DNA of 64,000 nt from a virus (taxonomy: Duplodnaviria; Heunggongvirae; Uroviricota; Caudoviricetes): the IMG/VR virus record IMGVR_UViG_3300049596_000323, positions 1 through 64,000 of that record; one strand, given 5' to 3'. The notes beneath the pieces were generated by a model. It was not told where the DNA came from and ran no database searches. It saw nothing but the letters and a program-made list of their open reading frames with translations. The position numbers were made by a program, and so were the translations under genes. Below are positions 1 through 9,772 of this stretch, piece by piece; the first letter of the stretch is position 1; each line of letters starts with the position of its first letter.

Positions 1-478
1 TGTTACCTGGTTTTAATAAATATTCTTGTCTATAAGATCTAGCTATTGCATTGTTTGTTTTGTATACAGCTTGTATAAGCTCAGGCATACATGTAGGACA
101 ACCTGTTGTACATTGAGGATTGGTACAGGGTACTGTTCCACTAATGATAGGTGCTATCTGAATAGTTGTTTGAGATGCAGCTTGTGAATAGAATGAGTTA
201 GCTGATTGATAAGGATACCCTGGAATCTCAGTACACATCCAAGCTTCTCTAGCAGCATAAAAGTTATCAGGAAGCCTAGCTTGGAAGTCTTCAATATAAA
301 GAACTTGCTCAGCAATAGCATAAGTTGTCCTACCTAACTTGTTTAAACACTTGTTTAAATAAGTAGGGAAAAGCAAATCATCCACAGCTCCTGTGTCAAA
401 ATAGCTTTTTAATTCTTCTTTAACAGTTGCATAAACTGGTTCAGGAGATACAAATCTGTACTTATAATAGTATGACAT
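1..478 (-). CDS. hypothetical protein, N-terminal 159 aa only; the gene runs off the window start
   Basis: Minus-strand ATG at 476-478, then an open frame (MSYYYKYRFVSPEP...) with no stop before position 1; Cys-rich segment CTNPQCTTGCPTC. Confidence 0.4.
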   Translation of the reverse strand, partial: MSYYYKYRFVSPEPVYATVKEELKSYFDTGAVDDLLFPTYLNKCLNKLGRTTYAIAEQVLYIEDFQARLPDNFYAAREAWMCTEIPGYPYQSANSFYSQAASQTTIQIAPIISGTVPCTNPQCTTGCPTCMPELIQAVYKTNNAIARSYRQEYLLKPGN

Positions 479-481
479 AAT

Positions 482-958
482 TTATTTTTTCCACTCACGA
501 TAGATGTGTTGATACGTATCGTTTGTTTTTATATAATGTGAGAGCAATCTTGATGTAACTCTTGAAGGTTTAAAATACCACAAGTCTATGTTTCTTAGTC
601 TGGCAGTTTCTTTAAACCATACCCAGCCAAAAAAGTAACCCTCTGTGTGATAATTAAAGTTGTATATAATTTTTCCCTTCTCTTTAGACTTTTGCCAGTC
701 TACTGGTAAGTTAATGTACTCCTTACCATTGATATCCTTAACCTTCTTTCTTTTCTTTTTATTGATTGAGAACTCACCAAACCCAAAAGGTAGCTTTGCT
801 TTTTCTCCAGTTTCTAGTATATAACTTTTAAAATTCTCATTATAAGAATATAAAATGTTTCTCCACTCATCAAATGTAATTTTAATTGTGGGATGCTTCT
901 TGCAAAAGTTATTGTAGTTTTCTTTACTGGAGCTTCTCCAATCAATTTTTATCCTCAT
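482..958 (-). CDS. hypothetical protein
   Basis: 158-aa ORF packed tightly into the minus-strand operon; its start overlaps the upstream stop. Confidence 0.45.
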   Translation of the reverse strand: MRIKIDWRSSSKENYNNFCKKHPTIKITFDEWRNILYSYNENFKSYILETGEKAKLPFGFGEFSINKKKRKKVKDINGKEYINLPVDWQKSKEKGKIIYNFNYHTEGYFFGWVWFKETARLRNIDLWYFKPSRVTSRLLSHYIKTNDTYQHIYREWKK

Positions 959-1692
959 TACTGGGTTGGTTGTGCATTAGGAGCTTGCCCATCAACACCG
1001 TTATCTGCCATATCTGTTTTAATACTAAAATATGTAGATAATAATTTTTGAGACGTAAGCTCTAATACTTGTTTCTCAAGATATCCTGGACAACCATATT
1101 CTTTATCCAAAGGATTTTTGCAGTATTCTTCATTAGTAACCTCAGGACCAGTTCCACAACCACATTCTGGATACGCAATATCATTAGGAATATCTTCTTC
1201 AAAGAATGCTGATATCCTAACTGATTTTAAATTTGGATTACTCAAATATAAGTAACCTTCATTTGCTATCCAATAGTATGTTTGTTTTTTAATAATAGGA
1301 AGTCCCAGTAAGTTTAAATATCTATTGATTGTAATCTCTTTAAACTTTGTACCCATTCCTCCCATAGCGTTTATAGAATAAACACCTTGTATTAAATATT
1401 GATAATTTCCTTCTGTAATCCTAGGAAGTTTATATTTACTTCTAGAAACAGTACATGGATCTACGTAATTACAACAGTCAGAAATAGGAACTTCTACCAT
1501 TTCCAAACATTGGATGGTATTAAAGACAGTATCAGTAGCCCAAAGCTTTCTGAGATTTGTCTCACGTTTAACTAATAACTGTGTGTTGTTTCTAATCTCT
1601 GATGCTATAACCCTATCTGTGATAACGTTATCTGTGGATATAAGCTTATGCATTCCACGCACATCTGAAACTAACTTACGTAATGTTGCCAT
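958..1692 (-). CDS. hypothetical protein
   Basis: 244-aa ORF, translationally coupled to its neighbours; several Cys residues (CGCGTGPE). Confidence 0.45.
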   Translation of the reverse strand: MATLRKLVSDVRGMHKLISTDNVITDRVIASEIRNNTQLLVKRETNLRKLWATDTVFNTIQCLEMVEVPISDCCNYVDPCTVSRSKYKLPRITEGNYQYLIQGVYSINAMGGMGTKFKEITINRYLNLLGLPIIKKQTYYWIANEGYLYLSNPNLKSVRISAFFEEDIPNDIAYPECGCGTGPEVTNEEYCKNPLDKEYGCPGYLEKQVLELTSQKLLSTYFSIKTDMADNGVDGQAPNAQPTQ

Positions 1693-2933
1693 TATAAATA
1701 CTGTTTAAATATATTTGTCATTCCTGACCCTTGTTCTATTAAGAATCCAGTCACTTCTGCTTTAGACATTGTATGACCGTTCTTATCATCCCAAAGGCTT
1801 TTAGCATTAGAAAATGCTGGTATTTGGTAAAATTTAATACCATTGAAGTCGTGACTAACCTCATGGTGTTTGTCTCCTGTGAATATGTAGAAGTTGTTAT
1901 GGAAAGACCATCCTTCTCTAAATTCTATTGGGAATAGTGCTGCTAACTTAGCAGGCTTAATTGCATCTCCATGGTTAAACATCATTGCTGAACCACCATA
2001 GCTTATGTACTTTCTATACTTAGGAGAGCAGTCAAAAGTTAATCTGTCTGTGTTTCTAAAATACGTTTGTAACCAGTTAACCATATGCCATCCTACAAAC
2101 TCATCATGATTACCTGCTACGTACACAACATTCACATTCTCAGCATATTGTAATAACATTGTAATCATTAACACCTCATGTCCACAGATGTATTCAAAAG
2201 ATGTTTGATATGTATGAGTGTTTGTTTGAGGAGTACCCTTTGTGGTCATTCCTGTAAACTCACTGTTAAACTCATCAGAACCAATGATGTATGTAATTTG
2301 TTCTAAGTTGTTGGAAAGCTGTGCTTGATTAGCAATCAACTCTACCTTGTACATGATGTTAGAAAGCCTATCAACTATATCATTGTTGCCATCAATATCA
2401 TATTTGTTTAAATGAGAGTCTTGTTTGTTGATAATTAACATACCGTTACTCTTACCATTTATAAACTTAGGACTCATAATGTCCTGACTAACAGGCTCAT
2501 ATGAAGCTAAAAAGTCCACAAAGCTATCTTGAAACACTTGCTCTGCAGACTTCTTTCCTAACCAGGCTTTTACTTGCCAGTGTGGATTATCTCCGTTTCC
2601 CCAATAGTTTTGTACGTATTTAGTTATCTCCCACTTATCTGTGTCTATCTTACACTTCTCAATAAGCTCATCAAGGCTTTTAATCTCTTCTGAGACATTG
2701 GCTACAATCTCTCCAGTTCCTTTCACTAGGTCTTCTGTAAACTTAACTACAGTGTCCTCTAGATCAGATATATAGTTGCCAGTGATGGCCTCTTCTTCTC
2801 TCTTTCTAATATCTGTTAATAACTCATCAATCTCTAATTCTGTCACTCCTAGCTTGTCAGCGTAATATTTCTTTGATTTTTTCCAGTGTAACATCTGCTG
2901 TAGCTGCTCCAAAAGGGGTTGGTTTCCAGACAT
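1692..2933 (-). CDS. calcineurin-like metallophosphoesterase
   Basis: Metallophosphatase motifs VYVAGNHDE, FNHGD and GDKHHEVSH. Confidence 0.6.
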   Translation of the reverse strand: MSGNQPLLEQLQQMLHWKKSKKYYADKLGVTELEIDELLTDIRKREEEAITGNYISDLEDTVVKFTEDLVKGTGEIVANVSEEIKSLDELIEKCKIDTDKWEITKYVQNYWGNGDNPHWQVKAWLGKKSAEQVFQDSFVDFLASYEPVSQDIMSPKFINGKSNGMLIINKQDSHLNKYDIDGNNDIVDRLSNIMYKVELIANQAQLSNNLEQITYIIGSDEFNSEFTGMTTKGTPQTNTHTYQTSFEYICGHEVLMITMLLQYAENVNVVYVAGNHDEFVGWHMVNWLQTYFRNTDRLTFDCSPKYRKYISYGGSAMMFNHGDAIKPAKLAALFPIEFREGWSFHNNFYIFTGDKHHEVSHDFNGIKFYQIPAFSNAKSLWDDKNGHTMSKAEVTGFLIEQGSGMTNIFKQYL

Positions 2934-3044
2934 ATAGGTTTTAAGTTTGGTTAAAATTAAAGTAAAGGTATGAAACTTTTTTGATATTTTCCAAATTTAG
3001 TTAACTAATTTAATTATATAGTTTAATCAATTTGATTAGAGTTC

Positions 3045-3090
3045 AAAAAAAAAACCCCCAGGGTAGAAACCCCAGGGGATGCCCTGTAAA
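3045..3090 (-). terminator. rho-independent terminator after the tail-fibre genes
   Basis: On the minus strand CCCUGGGG-UUUCUA-CCCUGGGG gives an 8-bp stem with two G-U pairs, followed by a U10 run; a second small hairpin CAGGG-CAUC-CCCUG sits upstream. Confidence 0.55.
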
Positions 3091-3117
3091 CCAACAAACA
3101 GGGTTTTTAATAATTTA

Positions 3118-3600
3118 TTATAAACAAGGCCCAATTTCTGTTATTGAAATAGCTTCAGAACTTGAATCTACAGAATCTCTTGCAGCACAAATTTCTCTAC
3201 ATTGCGTATTTACTACACTTGACTCTATAGATGTTCCATTACAACTTATGTAAGTAAAAGGAAAAGCATCTCTATCTCCTGTACCATCATTTGCACAAAC
3301 CTCATAACCATAACATTCAATAGGAGGTATTAAAGTTGTACTTGAACTAGTTGTGCTAGTAGTACTAGTTGTTGTAGCAGGAGCACCTGATACATCTAAA
3401 TAAAGATCTCTTTGACAAGCTCCTGTAGACCTAACTAAAACTTCTGTAGTTCCATCAGGAACAGTTGCGTTATAGCCAGCTACCAAAGATGCTCTAGATA
3501 CACCAGAGATGATTATTGTTGAAAACCCATCTGCATTTGAGTATATGTTAAAAGGTCCTGTATCAGAACCAGCTGTTGTCAAAGTTATTAATACTGTCAT
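3118..3600 (-). CDS. Thr/Ser-rich fibre-associated protein
   Basis: 160 aa; linker TTTSTTSTTSSSTT plus Cys residues; lies in the tail-fibre cluster. Confidence 0.35.
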   Translation of the reverse strand: MTVLITLTTAGSDTGPFNIYSNADGFSTIIISGVSRASLVAGYNATVPDGTTEVLVRSTGACQRDLYLDVSGAPATTTSTTSTTSSSTTLIPPIECYGYEVCANDGTGDRDAFPFTYISCNGTSIESSVVNTQCREICAARDSVDSSSEAISITEIGPCL

Positions 3601-3614
3601 GTTGGTTTATTTAA

Positions 3615-4880
3615 TTAAGGTAATTTTATCCAATCAGATCCAGAATTTGTAGATCTCCAAAGTCCAGTTGTTTCTGAAGCAATTGCTACAAATGAATTAT
3701 AAGAAATTGATACACTATTCCAAAGTTGAGAACTTGTCACTGGAGAAAGCGTACCAAATGAAACTGATTTATATAATCTACTTGTACCTGTAAGAAATTG
3801 CATAGCTATAATATTTGTACCGCTTCCATCTATAGTTATATCACCCCATTGAGTAGAAACTCCACCAAAATTTGCGTATGTTTCTCCATAGTCTATACTT
3901 CTTTTTAATTGAACAGCTCCAGGACTAAATCCATAAACTCCACCTTGATTAGCAACAACCACCTTTGATCCATCTGCATTTGTACTCACTGCAAAATATG
4001 TTTGATCTTCATCAAGTGCTTTAGGTGTAAAAATACTTGAGGCACTTGTTGTTCTTCCTACACTACCTCTAAGTGGTGCTATAGAAAAATTGGGACTAGC
4101 AGCATATTGACGATCACCTGAACTATTTATTGCAACATCATATACTAATTGAGGAAGAACATCAATACCTGCATTAATTGAAAACTCCACTCTTACAAAA
4201 GATACTCCATAGTCTGAAGATCTCCAAACTTGATTTAAGTATGGCTCGTTTATTGCTTCACCTGAATTCATTGAACCAACTATTACATATTGTCCTGTTC
4301 TATTTGTAGTGATTGAAGAATATGCATTACCTGTACCCCCTGTAGCATTCCAATTAACCCCATAGTCTGTAGATCTTACAATAGTAGATGGTTGTCCTGA
4401 TTGTTGTACAGTGCAATATATATATTGACCTGTTCCACTTATTGCAACTCGTTTTATTAAATTTGCTGCAGCAGCTACAAAAACTGATCTATATGTAAGT
4501 CCGTAGTCATTAGAAATATATAACTTATTATTTGTTGAACATATTACAGCTACGTATTTACCATCATTTGAGCTAGTAACATCATCTCTACTTACAGCAA
4601 CACTAGTAAAATAAAGATTGTTAGTTGGATTAATTGTAGTGGTTGTAGTTGTAGTACTAGCACATGGAATAGCTTGTGCTATTACATTTGTACAAGCTCC
4701 AGTAGATGTTACTGTCACTTGACTAGCAGCATTATCTACATCAACAGTTTTACCTGCAAGCAGTTCTGCTTTTGTAGCAGTTGATGGACTTACACTTCCA
4801 ACATCTGCTGTAAGATTAAAGTTTGGTCCTAAGTTAGCACCTAACCCAGCTCCTAATGTTAATGTTATATTTATTGCCAT
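3615..4880 (-). CDS. BNR/Asp-box repeat protein (sialidase-like beta-propeller), probable tail fibre or receptor-binding protein
   Basis: Four S-x-D-x-G-x-T-W-like repeats: STDYGVNW, SSDYGVSF, SIDYGETY, STNSGSDW; poly-Thr stretch CASTTTTTTTINPT. Confidence 0.5.
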   Translation of the reverse strand: MAINITLTLGAGLGANLGPNFNLTADVGSVSPSTATKAELLAGKTVDVDNAASQVTVTSTGACTNVIAQAIPCASTTTTTTTINPTNNLYFTSVAVSRDDVTSSNDGKYVAVICSTNNKLYISNDYGLTYRSVFVAAAANLIKRVAISGTGQYIYCTVQQSGQPSTIVRSTDYGVNWNATGGTGNAYSSITTNRTGQYVIVGSMNSGEAINEPYLNQVWRSSDYGVSFVRVEFSINAGIDVLPQLVYDVAINSSGDRQYAASPNFSIAPLRGSVGRTTSASSIFTPKALDEDQTYFAVSTNADGSKVVVANQGGVYGFSPGAVQLKRSIDYGETYANFGGVSTQWGDITIDGSGTNIIAMQFLTGTSRLYKSVSFGTLSPVTSSQLWNSVSISYNSFVAIASETTGLWRSTNSGSDWIKLP

Positions 4881-4893
4881 TTTTTATTTTATT

Positions 4894-5757
4894 TTATATA
4901 CACCCACCATCACATCTTGAAAATACGTTTAACGTTAATGTGTTTCCAATATCTCCACTTGTAACAATATATGTTGCTGAAAATAAAGTAGTAGAACCAT
5001 TACCGCATGAAGCATCTGCTATAATACCAGATGTGTATGCGTTTGCTTTATCGTCAGGATTAGTACATCCATATGTAGTGACTTCAACATTAATTGAATC
5101 ACCCATAGAAACAGCATATATACCACTTGCATTTGTACTTCTACTTTCAACAACTGAACCATTTACATATAAATCCATATTACCAATAACACCTGAACCA
5201 CTTTCATTAAAAGTCCAAGATAAGTTCGCAGTTGAAGCAGTGTTACAAACTACAGTGAGTCCATTGTAATTACATTGAGGTATAGTAGTTGTACTAGTTG
5301 TAGTGCATGGATAGTTTGCATAACAACATCCTGAATAATTCACAGAAGATAAACGAACACCAACAACTGAACCTCTTAAAATTCCACAACCTGTTACAGG
5401 TCCACCTTCTCCTCCAGATGAACATGCAATAATTCCTATAGACCCACCGTAAGGAAGATAATAATAATATGTATTTCCAGAACAATCTTGATATGATATA
5501 GTTTGACTAAATCCATCTGACATTTGATTATATACTTCAACACCTGATACACAAGGACATGGATAGTCTTGATATTTAGGAGCTCGTGTATCAGGATAAG
5601 TAGACCAAGGGCTAACTGTACCATCTATATAGTAGTTAGTACTAGCTTCTCCTTTGCTCATAATACTACCATCAAGAGGAGGAGTTGTCCCAGGCTTCTG
5701 TATATATCCCATTGTAGCAAGATCTGCTCCTGTTACTAAAAAATTACTAACTTTCAT
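4894..5757 (-). CDS. Cys-rich tail-fibre-like protein
   Basis: 287 aa; many Cys pairs (CPC, CC, CG) and a TTTSTTTIP linker; adjacent to the fibre genes. Confidence 0.35.
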   Translation of the reverse strand: MKVSNFLVTGADLATMGYIQKPGTTPPLDGSIMSKGEASTNYYIDGTVSPWSTYPDTRAPKYQDYPCPCVSGVEVYNQMSDGFSQTISYQDCSGNTYYYYLPYGGSIGIIACSSGGEGGPVTGCGILRGSVVGVRLSSVNYSGCCYANYPCTTTSTTTIPQCNYNGLTVVCNTASTANLSWTFNESGSGVIGNMDLYVNGSVVESRSTNASGIYAVSMGDSINVEVTTYGCTNPDDKANAYTSGIIADASCGNGSTTLFSATYIVTSGDIGNTLTLNVFSRCDGGCI

Positions 5758-7619
5758 TATTGGTTTAATTTAGCTTCTAATTCTGCTATGCGTTTTTCTA
5801 ATTGTGCTATTTTTAATGTATGTACATCTGAATAGTTAACTACTAGTTTATCTTCTCCTGATACAACATCTGGTAAAATTGCTTGTACCTGTTGTGCAGA
5901 ATATCCATATCTAATTTGATTAGACTCTTCATCTGTACGAGTAAATTTAATCACTTGTATTCCTAATACATCAATATTAGGATTTGTTTCTAATACATTT
6001 TTAAATCTGATATCTGATGTTTCATAGAATGAACCAGCATTTAATTGAGAACCACTAATTGTAACTCCTGTATTTGCTGTTGCACTGTTTGATGTACCAT
6101 TTGCTGTAAGAACAGCTCCTGATGTTGTAGGAGAAATGGAATTAAATCCTGCTCCATTAGCTCCACTAGTTCCAGAAGTTCCAGATGTACCTCCTGTACT
6201 AGCTCCTGAAGAACCAGAAGTACCAGAAGTACCCCCAGTGCTAGCTCCAGATGTACCTGAAGTTCCTCCAGTACTTTGACCTGAAGACCCTGAGGTACCA
6301 GATGTACCACCTGTACTTTGACCTGAAGATCCACTGGTTCCAGTTGTACCAGAAGTACCTGTTGTTCCACTTGTGCCAGTTGTTCCACTTGTGCCAGTAG
6401 TTCCACTTGTACCGCTTGTACCTGAAGTTCCAGACGTACCAGAAGTCCCTGACGTTCCACTCGTACCAGATGTACCAGTGGTTCCAGATGTGCCTGATGT
6501 GCCAGTGGTACCGCTAGAACCAGCTGTTCCAGATGTTCCTGAACTACCAGCAGCACCTACAGGAACTAACATAAATACTTCACCACTAGCAGGATTTGTA
6601 CCCTGAGCTGCAGTTTGAGTAACTATAAATCGTTCAAAACCCACTTCAAAAGGAGAAGTGGATACAATTTCTAATATTTTAAATCTAGAAGAATCAACCG
6701 TACTAACTAGCTTAAGTGCTGAGAAAGGGTTCAGTGCATCTAGATATGCTGAGAAGTCAGCACTAGGATTATATGATAAATCACTGATAGCAATTTGAGA
6801 AGCAGAGGCTAACCAACTTGCATCATTTAAAGTGAAATATGTAGCACCAGGATTAATGTCTGTGTTTGTACTAGGATTAAATCTCCATTGTGCAAGACCT
6901 CCTTCAAAGCCTGATGTACCAGATGTGCCAGTTGTTCCACTGGTTCCAGTTGTTCCTGAAGTACCAGTGGTACCAGAAGTACCAGTTGTTCCACTTGTGC
7001 CAGTAGTTCCAGAAGTTCCAGTTGTACCACTAGTACCTGTTGTTCCTGAAGTTCCAGACGTACCAGTTGTTCCATGAGTACCATCTGTACCACTTGTACC
7101 AGAAGTTCCATCTTCACCACTTGTTCCAGCAGTACCAGATGTACCTGTAAGACCACTTGTACCGTTTGCACCACTAGTTCCATTAATACCACTTGTTCCA
7201 TCAGCACCTCTTCCACCAGATGTTCCACTGGTTCCTGAAGCACCGTTTGTACCACTTACACCAGAGGTACCAGAAGTACCGTTACCACCAGAAGTACCAT
7301 TGGCACCAGATGTTCCAGATGTACCAGAAGCTCCTGGTGTACCGTTAATACCAGAAGTTCCTGATGTTCCACTTGTACCACGAGTGCCAGAAGAACCAGA
7401 CGTACCTGAAGTACCTGTTCCTCCACCACCTGTACCAATGGCATCATCTAATTTTTCTATAGCAAGAGTTAAGCAGTTTCCGTTTTGAACTCCTGAGTTT
7501 GGTAAATTAGGACCAACGTATATTACATTATTTGAATTGCTAATGCACTCAGCACATCCACAGTTTTCACTAGGATGATAATAAGCGTTATAGCAAGGTG
7601 TACCAGGTAAACAAGACAT
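5757..7619 (-). CDS. collagen-like tail fibre with C-terminal intramolecular-chaperone (peptidase S74-like) domain
   Basis: Two long Gly-X-Y tracts (GTSGTSGT...) flank a non-collagen domain. The C-terminus SDIRFKNVLETNPNIDVLGI...LEKRIAELEAKL matches the auto-cleaving chaperone of phage fibres and endosialidases. Confidence 0.7.
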   Translation of the reverse strand: MSCLPGTPCYNAYYHPSENCGCAECISNSNNVIYVGPNLPNSGVQNGNCLTLAIEKLDDAIGTGGGGTGTSGTSGSSGTRGTSGTSGTSGINGTPGASGTSGTSGANGTSGGNGTSGTSGVSGTNGASGTSGTSGGRGADGTSGINGTSGANGTSGLTGTSGTAGTSGEDGTSGTSGTDGTHGTTGTSGTSGTTGTSGTTGTSGTTGTSGTTGTSGTTGTSGTTGTSGTTGTSGTSGFEGGLAQWRFNPSTNTDINPGATYFTLNDASWLASASQIAISDLSYNPSADFSAYLDALNPFSALKLVSTVDSSRFKILEIVSTSPFEVGFERFIVTQTAAQGTNPASGEVFMLVPVGAAGSSGTSGTAGSSGTTGTSGTSGTTGTSGTSGTSGTSGTSGTSGTSGTSGTTGTSGTTGTSGTTGTSGTTGTSGSSGQSTGGTSGTSGSSGQSTGGTSGTSGASTGGTSGTSGSSGASTGGTSGTSGTSGANGAGFNSISPTTSGAVLTANGTSNSATANTGVTISGSQLNAGSFYETSDIRFKNVLETNPNIDVLGIQVIKFTRTDEESNQIRYGYSAQQVQAILPDVVSGEDKLVVNYSDVHTLKIAQLEKRIAELEAKLNQ

Positions 7620-7638
7620 TTATAGTTGATTTAGAATA

Positions 7639-8742
7639 TTAAGGAATATACATGATGTAATAAGAAGCAATTACAGGTTGAATGTTTGGATGACCTTGAT
7701 TACTACCAGTGTTTGTGTTGCTTACATTTACAGTTGTTGCTACAGTGATACCTGTTGTAGAAGTTGTAGTTTGAACATTCTTTGGTGTTCTATTTACAAT
7801 ACCAATACTACCTGAACTATCCCAACCTTCTGGTGTATTACCAACATAATGACTATGCCCAGGATCTGTTACAGTGGATGAAGCACTTGCTGTTGCAGTG
7901 TGTGTGTGACTAGGAAGTTGATTAACATTTATAGCCACTGTGTTTGCACCAGCAATATCTTCAAGATCATAATTTGGATTACCAGCATAAACAGGATCTA
8001 CAGCAGCGGTTAATGGTCCACCAGGAACATTAAGAATAGCTCCTACACCAACTCTACCTCTTTTATCAGGAGTGCCGTTAGAACCATTACATAAATAGAT
8101 TTTATCCCATCCTAATGTTCCTATACCAGCACCTGTACCATCAAAGTTTGTAAGAGGACCATAGTATTCAACTACTGTAAAAGGAACCATCTTTAAATAG
8201 TTCTGAGTTACATTACCTGATTGACCAGCTATGTAAGCAGCTATTAATGCATCTAGGTCAGACAGCTTTACATAGTTTGTGCTTACATCTAAATCTAATG
8301 CTGCTAAATCTGCCACTACAACACAAAGTCTTGTAATAACAGCTTGTAAGATAGCATGTGTGTCAGAAGAGGCTGTTACACCTGTAAGACAATCTATTGT
8401 ATAATCTGCATTTAATACAGCAATATCAGCAGCAACTGCAGTCACCTGAGCTTGTAAACTACAAACAGATTTAACTAACGCTGTGAATAATTGAGTAGAA
8501 TTAGGAGAAGTGATTCCTATTAAGAATCCATTTATAAGAGCACATTTATCACCAGAAGCAATAGTTATAACATCACCTGTACCAGTTAATAACGGAACAA
8601 GTTTAGTTGTAATCATTTCTTCTACATGAAGCAATGTATCTCCTGTAGTAATATTTAGAGCAGGGATAGTTGGACCTGTATATCTAACACATTGATCAGA
8701 TACAGTCTCAACACATCCATTAAAACAACTTGTACAAGACAT
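7639..8742 (-). CDS. tail fibre protein with phage tail-collar domain
   Basis: WDKIYLCNGSNGTPDKRGRVGVG...LPSHTHTA resembles the T4 gp12-type tail-collar domain motif. Confidence 0.6.
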   Translation of the reverse strand: MSCTSCFNGCVETVSDQCVRYTGPTIPALNITTGDTLLHVEEMITTKLVPLLTGTGDVITIASGDKCALINGFLIGITSPNSTQLFTALVKSVCSLQAQVTAVAADIAVLNADYTIDCLTGVTASSDTHAILQAVITRLCVVVADLAALDLDVSTNYVKLSDLDALIAAYIAGQSGNVTQNYLKMVPFTVVEYYGPLTNFDGTGAGIGTLGWDKIYLCNGSNGTPDKRGRVGVGAILNVPGGPLTAAVDPVYAGNPNYDLEDIAGANTVAINVNQLPSHTHTATASASSTVTDPGHSHYVGNTPEGWDSSGSIGIVNRTPKNVQTTTSTTGITVATTVNVSNTNTGSNQGHPNIQPVIASYYIMYIP

Positions 8743-8750
8743 TTTATAAT

Positions 8751-9017
8751 TTATTTATTTATTAACAATATTACTCTACTTGCAATCATCTCCACTGTAA
8801 AAGGTGCACAGTATTCTGGATTACAAAGTTTGTAAGTTAATATTTGTTTATAGTGTAGTAAGTCACCAATTACCTGTCCTGGAATAAAATAATTCAAGGA
8901 GTATACAATATTATTATACTGATCATTAGCTAACGCAGTTAGTCTAAGATCAATATCAGTTAATAGTGCAGGTATGCTAGCACACTCAATACAGTCCGTT
9001 AATCTTGGTGATAACAT
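8751..9017 (-). CDS. hypothetical protein
   Basis: 88-aa ORF between structural genes. Confidence 0.3.
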   Translation of the reverse strand: MLSPRLTDCIECASIPALLTDIDLRLTALANDQYNNIVYSLNYFIPGQVIGDLLHYKQILTYKLCNPEYCAPFTVEMIASRVILLINK

Positions 9018-9130
9018 TTCTTATTCTTTGATTAATTTGTTTCAGCTTGTTATTACATGCTGAACACAAGCCATTAATTAATTGACATCCGCAGCCTACT
9101 TTAAGGCCACAATCTCTACAGTTTGCCATA

Positions 9131-9691
9131 TCAATAGAAGTTATTTATATAGTTGTTTCCAGAACAACCACAGTTGTTCCTAATAAAATTATCTAATTGT
9201 CTATCTGCCTGTAAATATAATCTGTTAGCTGTATCTATTGCACAGTTATTAGCAGCAGCAATAGAGCCTTGAATCATATAATATATACTATTTAGATTCA
9301 CTTTTGCTTGTGTTCTAATTGCACTATCACATTCCATCATATCAAGCTTCATGAAAGCATTATCAAATTTTTCTTGAATTCTTTCAGTACGCATTATGTT
9401 CTTTTCTACAAAGTTTAAATATGCAGGAGCAACAGAATATTTCATAAAGTATACACCATCTGGAAGAGGTTGCATACCTCCTGCAAGAGTATTAAGTCCT
9501 AATATAATAGAATTATAAACATTAAAATCTTGAGGTATAAAAGGAATAGACACAGGAACAGTATATCCAGGAATAGTAATCTCCATAGTTGGAGCAACAA
9601 CATTAGGAGGCTGTGTATCATAAACTGATATATCAGCAACACCTAGTGTTTTTGTATTGAAAGTATTTATTACTAAAAAATCTAGAGTCAT
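9131..9691 (-). CDS. hypothetical virion protein
   Basis: 186-aa ORF in the structural operon. Confidence 0.4.
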   Translation of the reverse strand: MTLDFLVINTFNTKTLGVADISVYDTQPPNVVAPTMEITIPGYTVPVSIPFIPQDFNVYNSIILGLNTLAGGMQPLPDGVYFMKYSVAPAYLNFVEKNIMRTERIQEKFDNAFMKLDMMECDSAIRTQAKVNLNSIYYMIQGSIAAANNCAIDTANRLYLQADRQLDNFIRNNCGCSGNNYINNFY

Positions 9692-9772
9692 GTCTTTAAA
9701 ATAAAAATGCCAGAGGACTTGAGATTATCCTCTCACCCTCTGGCATAGGTTAATATGATTCTACTTTTATTC

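Noticed and set aside
1514-5624. Short antisense or overlapping ORFs 1514-1708, 3032-3253, 4856-5269, 5294-5485 and 5436-5624
   Set aside because: Each lies fully inside or opposite a longer motif-bearing gene and has low-complexity or hydrophobic, junk-like translations.
6041-7488. Six long ORFs on both strands inside the collagen-like fibre gene (6041-6556, 6373-6606, 6827-7255, 6832-7077, 7256-7447, 7300-7488)
   Set aside because: They are by-products of the GGT/ACC-rich triplet repeat, which stays open in other frames. Their VPxVPLVP and QLELV low-complexity translations are not credible proteins.
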